In this document: piece after piece, positions 46,801 through 50,219 of the stretch | Numbering within the stretch: position 1 is the first letter of the stretch | Layout of the letters: each line of letters opens with the position of its first letter | Source: Corallochytrium limacisporum Hawaii | Lineage: Eukaryota; Protista; Pluriformea | Assembly: GCA_002811645.1 (NCBI GenBank) | Contig: PDIP01000146.1 | Coordinates: 1-50,219, forward strand | Direction of reading: 5' to 3' | DNA length: 50,219 nt | Position numbers and translations under genes: made by a program | Notes under the pieces: model-generated | Database searches by the model: none | What the model was told of the DNA's origin: nothing | What the model saw: the letters and a program-made list of their open reading frames with translations, nothing else

Positions 46801-47480
46801 GCAGCAAAAGCGTAAAAATCGATAGCAGCATCACCACCACCTACCAAAGTCCAAACCTTGTCAAATTGCACCTTGGTCAAACGCTCCCGGGACATCAAAA
46901 ATCGACGCACCTTTTCCTTGTCAAGCTTTGCGCGCAAGGGAAGGCATTCTTGAAAACTCTTCCTGTAGGCCTCACGTTCCTCTGTGGAAATATTGTACTC
47001 CCTAGAGTCAATAGTTGCAGGTGCATGGAAAGCAGGAGGTCTCGGTACAGGACCGTTGCTCGTGTTGCTCCCCATGCTATGCAGACTCGTCATACTGCTC
47101 ATGCTGCCTATGCCACCATAGCCACCAGCTTGTTGAGCATTGAGCATTCCTGGTTGAGGACCAGGGCCCATACTCATCATATTGTTGCTCATCATACCCG
47201 GTCCCCCCATGCTCTGAGGACCCATCATTCCGGGTCCACTCATACTTTGGGGTCCCATCATGCCACCAGGGCGCATTCCTCCGTACATTGGCTGACTCAT
47301 CATGTTGGGTTGACCCATCATGTTGGGCTGACCCATCATGTTGGGCTGACCCATCATATTCGGCTGTCCACCCATCATGCCCATACTCTGTGGCGCACCC
47401 ATCTGCCCATACACTTGGGGTCGTGTGGGTTGCCCGTACATACCGGTAAGACCCGGAGTAATTGGTCGTTGGTTGCTCAT
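43836..47480 (-). CDS. ITSN: Intersectin, short-form architecture (2 EH, coiled coil, 5 SH3; no DH-PH-C2)
   Basis: EH2 WSIPSSTRLKYNQIF; E/R/Q/K coiled coil; five SH3 domains (ALYEY..DELTF..WWFG..GWFPANFV etc.), the fourth carrying the intersectin-type insert LQVRGKQR. The ORF ends right after the fifth SH3. Confidence 0.9.
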   Translation of the reverse strand: MSNQRPITPGLTGMYGQPTRPQVYGQMGAPQSMGMMGGQPNMMGQPNMMGQPNMMGQPNMMSQPMYGGMRPGGMMGPQSMSGPGMMGPQSMGGPGMMSNNMMSMGPGPQPGMLNAQQAGGYGGIGSMSSMTSLHSMGSNTSNGPVPRPPAFHAPATIDSREYNISTEEREAYRKSFQECLPLRAKLDKEKVRRFLMSRERLTKVQFDKVWTLVGGGDAAIDFYAFAASCKLAAVAKQGKPLPSTLPMQLNSRTIRNQENDPNFNLQAAHSNGAGVMAAPVQPSGDWSIPSSTRLKYNQIFSEYSRARRRDRMDMQEIKRNMLTTGLHQDVLLHLWRLVRPPSEYGMSQDEFVTVMHLCEQVQQGRPPPSYLPPVLMSRAMKQQMTGLSPRDDTPQKSSSLTNLAPDANAGNEFLRQKQEEMRRMQEQEKETHMKREMERQEMERKKREAQEKMRMRQELEMRQRQELEYQRQMERQQFAYAEMERRQREEAERQQRLMEERREQEMRMRKKALAKQLLEIRDIYKSRFDTLNTDINGLKGKIKKNGDNYAEYLKTRRERKNYIDVLEKEQKKLQAAKAKVHDKQKDVNSADDKIRKLQIDRRNMFMQNEDGSAAKEAEDHMVRALAHASREVADMRSKLQQAKKQLERMEERYHKTNLNLNHTRNYKKLLQERLDKTRREKTDRARKEQVEKEEAARRKREEEDLRKREEEIRKNRAAQEAAERQREEEAHKRRLEEDKARTAALGATAAMDMGGVGEVLFEAVALYEYKGTEGDELTFQDGDIIEVRNDADEWWFGQINGKEGWFPANFVERKEKLENMTVQQAAVADETEAAPAEFNPFGDAEDSATAEAARPSTVSMAAADDTGAVDTSVAYEAIFPYQAQQEDELEFNEGDLITVLQAPEGGWWEGQVGTKTGWFPASYVTKTDKSAGDTGAPVAAEPAAPATPVTAEPEPEPVPVPEPEPEPVEEPPPLRPPPPVDTTPAPSSDEKKVIAVFDFAGDREDDLKFQEGDVIVVTERSDDGWWAGELNGRTGWFPENYVEEYTGQAPSGGDAGAFPRDTSPEGAGLVPVDETGKVIEAYKAQGDGELSIKKGQIIQITSKGDEWCEGTLQVRGKQRVSGRFPTRCIKFLPKKDNRSRANTGEDMTPASVPLSEPSSKGESFTAVYDWVAQQEDEVSFNEGDVVIVLERADNGWWKGEVNGRVGMFPSNYVE
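47298..47369 (-). repeat. Coding 18-bp tandem repeat x4 (GQPNMM) in intersectin N-terminus
   Basis: catcatgttgggYtgacc units; translation GQPNMMGQPNMMGQPNMMGQPNMM. Confidence 0.9.
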
Positions 47481-48603
47481 GATTCACTGCTTCCACGGTC
47501 TAAACAGTGAGTCTTTCAATTCCCTTCGAAACCAGATCTAAGTCCACAACATTCTGCGACATTTCCCAGTTATCTATTGAACTCGAGCCGGGTCTATTTC
47601 GACGAATTCTGATCACGTTCTTCTCCAGTTTTCAAATAGCCACTGCAAATGCGACTGCCCTAGCATATGACTTGAGGGACTAACGCATAGAAGAACAAGA
47701 ATAATGGCTAATGAGACATACAAGTTCTTGAATCCAGTGTGACAACATCAGTTCATGATTCTTGAGTGTTAAAAGCCTCACAAGGCATTCGCACAACATC
47801 AGCGGTGGATTACGATCACCCCATACGTGACTCTCTCCCCCGCTACCGACCGTCGATCCTCGGCCCGCCGGGAGAGTCATAACAGAACCAGCCTCACGTA
47901 GTGAATGTACCAGAACCCTGCCCCAAGGTGGGACAGGTGATGATTTGTAGTGCCTTTTGGTCCCCCCCCCCTTTTTTTTCTATTTGCCCCTTGCTTACTG
48001 GGGGGTCCATAACAGTGTGATTATTTCCCAAATGTTCGGACGTGTGCTGCGAAAACCATTATTACTTGCTCGGAGTTGGATGCTTTGTGTGCCATATCGG
48101 CCGCTGTCGTTCAGGTTGCTCCGTGAACCGCGATGCGATCGTTAGCCCCCAAGCGGAGCCGTGCAAATTGAACAAGGGCTGCAGTTAAAAAACGCCAATT
48201 CCCTTCAAGATCTGGGACACGCCTAAACAGTGAGTTGTGTCCACAATGCAGGAGCTCGTGAAACCGGAATCACCAGCAATGAAAACATTACGACGCGCCT
48301 CGTATTGTACCTGCTTGTTGTATACGTTTATCCTCAACCCTTTCCCGCTCTTCGTCCGCTACCTCTCCCCCCACCAACTCTATCCGCCTCCCTGTCTATT
48401 TGGACGACCTCCGGTTGCCTCTGTTGTGATACTGAAAGTGCCTGTGTATTGGCAAGACACACAGGGAATAATCGATGTCCCTCTAATACTGAGAAAATGT
48501 GGGATGGACCACCACAGGGTATACGTGTTATATCAGCATGTTCATGCTGTACAAGGGTGTGGGGTTGCGCATTAGTACTATGCACAGACCCAGTAGGCCA
48601 ATC

Positions 48604-49357
48604 TTATGTAGTTTGATCAATCACACACCAAGTTTGGGAGCCCATTGACCAAACTCGCACTTTCTGCTGCAGGTGAGTTCTGGTCGTTCGGTTGTACAAT
48701 TCGCCTTGGTATCGAATTCTCCTCCCATAGGTCGGCTTCTCAAACGGGCCGGCCAACCAAGCAAAAGGCAAAACAAAACAGCACCTCCGGTAGCCAATGT
48801 ACGACAGAGCAGGAACCATAGACATTCGCAGTGAAACCGGCAATCGGAATCACCCTTGCTCGCACTTGAGGCTGGTGCCTTAATGCGTTCCGTTGGCTGC
48901 TTCGGGGACTGTGTCAAAAGTGGCCACCGTTCTGGAGAAGCACCGGGACCACTACTCCTTCGTGGTCCGTGTGTCGGCCAGTTTCTCAAGTCGAAGTCAA
49001 AAATGGGACCTGTATATTTGTCACCTGCCACGCGCGGTCATCTCACAAAAGCTTGCGGGGAAAACATTGAAGGGTCCCGGAATGTTGCACCGATAGTCCT
49101 TGTGCATCTGTCTCGTGCACATACGCACTATCCGGATGTTTAAATAGAGGTGCGTATCTGAATCCGTCGCGTGAACATGCCAGCGTCATGTTCACCTTTG
49201 CAATAACCCGCTCCGGCAAGGAGTTAAAGAACAAAGTGATTGTGGAGACGACGTCTCCAATCCCCCGGCCCTCCCCTACGGGCGGCCGAGCGTGGGGGAT
49301 ACTGAATTCCTCCTCCCCCTTGGCGATGTGTTCTAATTTCGCGGGGCCCGCAGTCAT
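48604..49357 (-). pseudogene. Second WD40-repeat gene remnant
   Basis: Minus-strand fragments in different frames: TLACSRDG, GPIFDFDLRNW, RTLATGGA, KVRVWSM, all WD40 strand c/d-type motifs. Confidence 0.4.
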
Positions 49358-50219
49358 TCATTCACCCACTGGCGCAGGCCTTTCCCTGATCAGAGAGAGT
49401 GTAATGGGTGTCCCGCCTCAGCTGGGCCTCCACTTTCCCAATTGACCCGCCCCAGCCCCCCGGGGGGGGGGCCTCGGCCCTGGGGGGCTCCCTTCCCGGA
49501 GTGAGGGGATCTCCCGCTTTGCCGGTGGTCGCAGTGCATCCCACTTTGCTTCGCAGACGGGCCAGTACTGTGTTTTTTTTCACGCTTTCAATATTTTGAC
49601 CCTTCTTTTCCCCTTAGGCGAGAACTCTGGTTGGTTGTCCACTCGCCAGGGAGGAGAGGGGGTTAAGGAGGGTGTGCTGGCTGTGTTGATGTGCCTCTTT
49701 CGACACACACACGGCAACCAGGCACAGAGCGAGTAGGGACTGAGGAGCTCCTTCTACCAAAACACCCCGGTTCCCAAATTAATGAACGTTCAGTACTTGG
49801 TCATCTCTCGTCTCCCCCAGCAGTTTTTCAGTCTTCAACGGTTTCTTTCTAGTCCACCACCACCGCTCGCTTGGTGGGGGACACACGGGACTACCAACTA
49901 TCTCTTCCGTCTGGGTCTGCCCCGTGCCTTTGTGATTCGTGGCCTGTTTTGAAACGGGGTCCCGGGGACCCCCGCTCTGAAACGAGAGGTAGGCCCACGG
50001 TGGCGCTGAATGGGAGCGGCCTGGAATCGCGAGCAAAAAAAGAAAAAAAACGCCGGACCCGGGGAGAACGGCGGGGTTGGAGGCCTTCAGCAGCAACATA
50101 GATTCAATTTCCTGGTCAATATAATTTGTACCACCCTCTGTCTGGGAATATTGTATCAAATCTACTCTTTTTGATTTAGCTCTGCCGTCGCTTGGGAGAG
50201 CGGGAAAATTTTGACAGAT

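Noticed and set aside
28332-47510. Numerous 60-330 aa ORFs antisense or out of frame to the six main genes (e.g. 29498-30487, 33922-34659, 46866-47510)
   Set aside because: Shadow ORFs of real coding sequence with no independent motifs.
1-50219. Alternative genetic code or programmed editing as an explanation for broken left-half genes; CRISPR or prokaryotic systems
   Set aside because: Seven genes translate cleanly with the standard code and end in TAG or TGA (MCM9 in TAA). The remnants contain frameshifts as well as all stop types, and no regularly spaced repeat-spacer array or operon features were seen.

Overview
Eukaryotic nuclear DNA from a draft assembly (three N gaps), in two contrasting halves. 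From about 27.7 to 47.5 kb is a tightly packed block of six long, intact, intronless genes: a CLIP-170-like CAP-Gly/coiled-coil protein, presequence protease PITRM1, MCM9, KLHDC4, a divergent PRPF31 and a short-form intersectin (2 EH + coiled coil + 5 SH3). An isolated NUDT15-like Nudix gene lies at 13.5 kb. Animal-type intersectin and CLIP-170 architectures without introns suggest an intron-poor unicellular holozoan such as Corallochytrium (inference only). The rest (1-27.7 kb, 47.5-50.2 kb and the larger intergenic spacers) has no long clean ORFs. It appears to be a 'gene graveyard' with frameshifted or stop-containing remnants of WD40, ankyrin, SHAQKYF-Myb and possibly integrase and kinase genes, all called by eye. 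The most unusual signal is about 20 discrete patches of roughly 0.05-0.8 kb where the sequence collapses into G/C/A/T homopolymer runs. They overwrite former coding sequence and sit in the upstream-type spacers, but never occur in the ~18 kb of intact CDS. They reflect either a focal neighbour-copying mutational process or a read-quality artefact, and raw reads would decide which. No tRNA, rRNA, snRNA, CRISPR array or intact mobile element was recognised.
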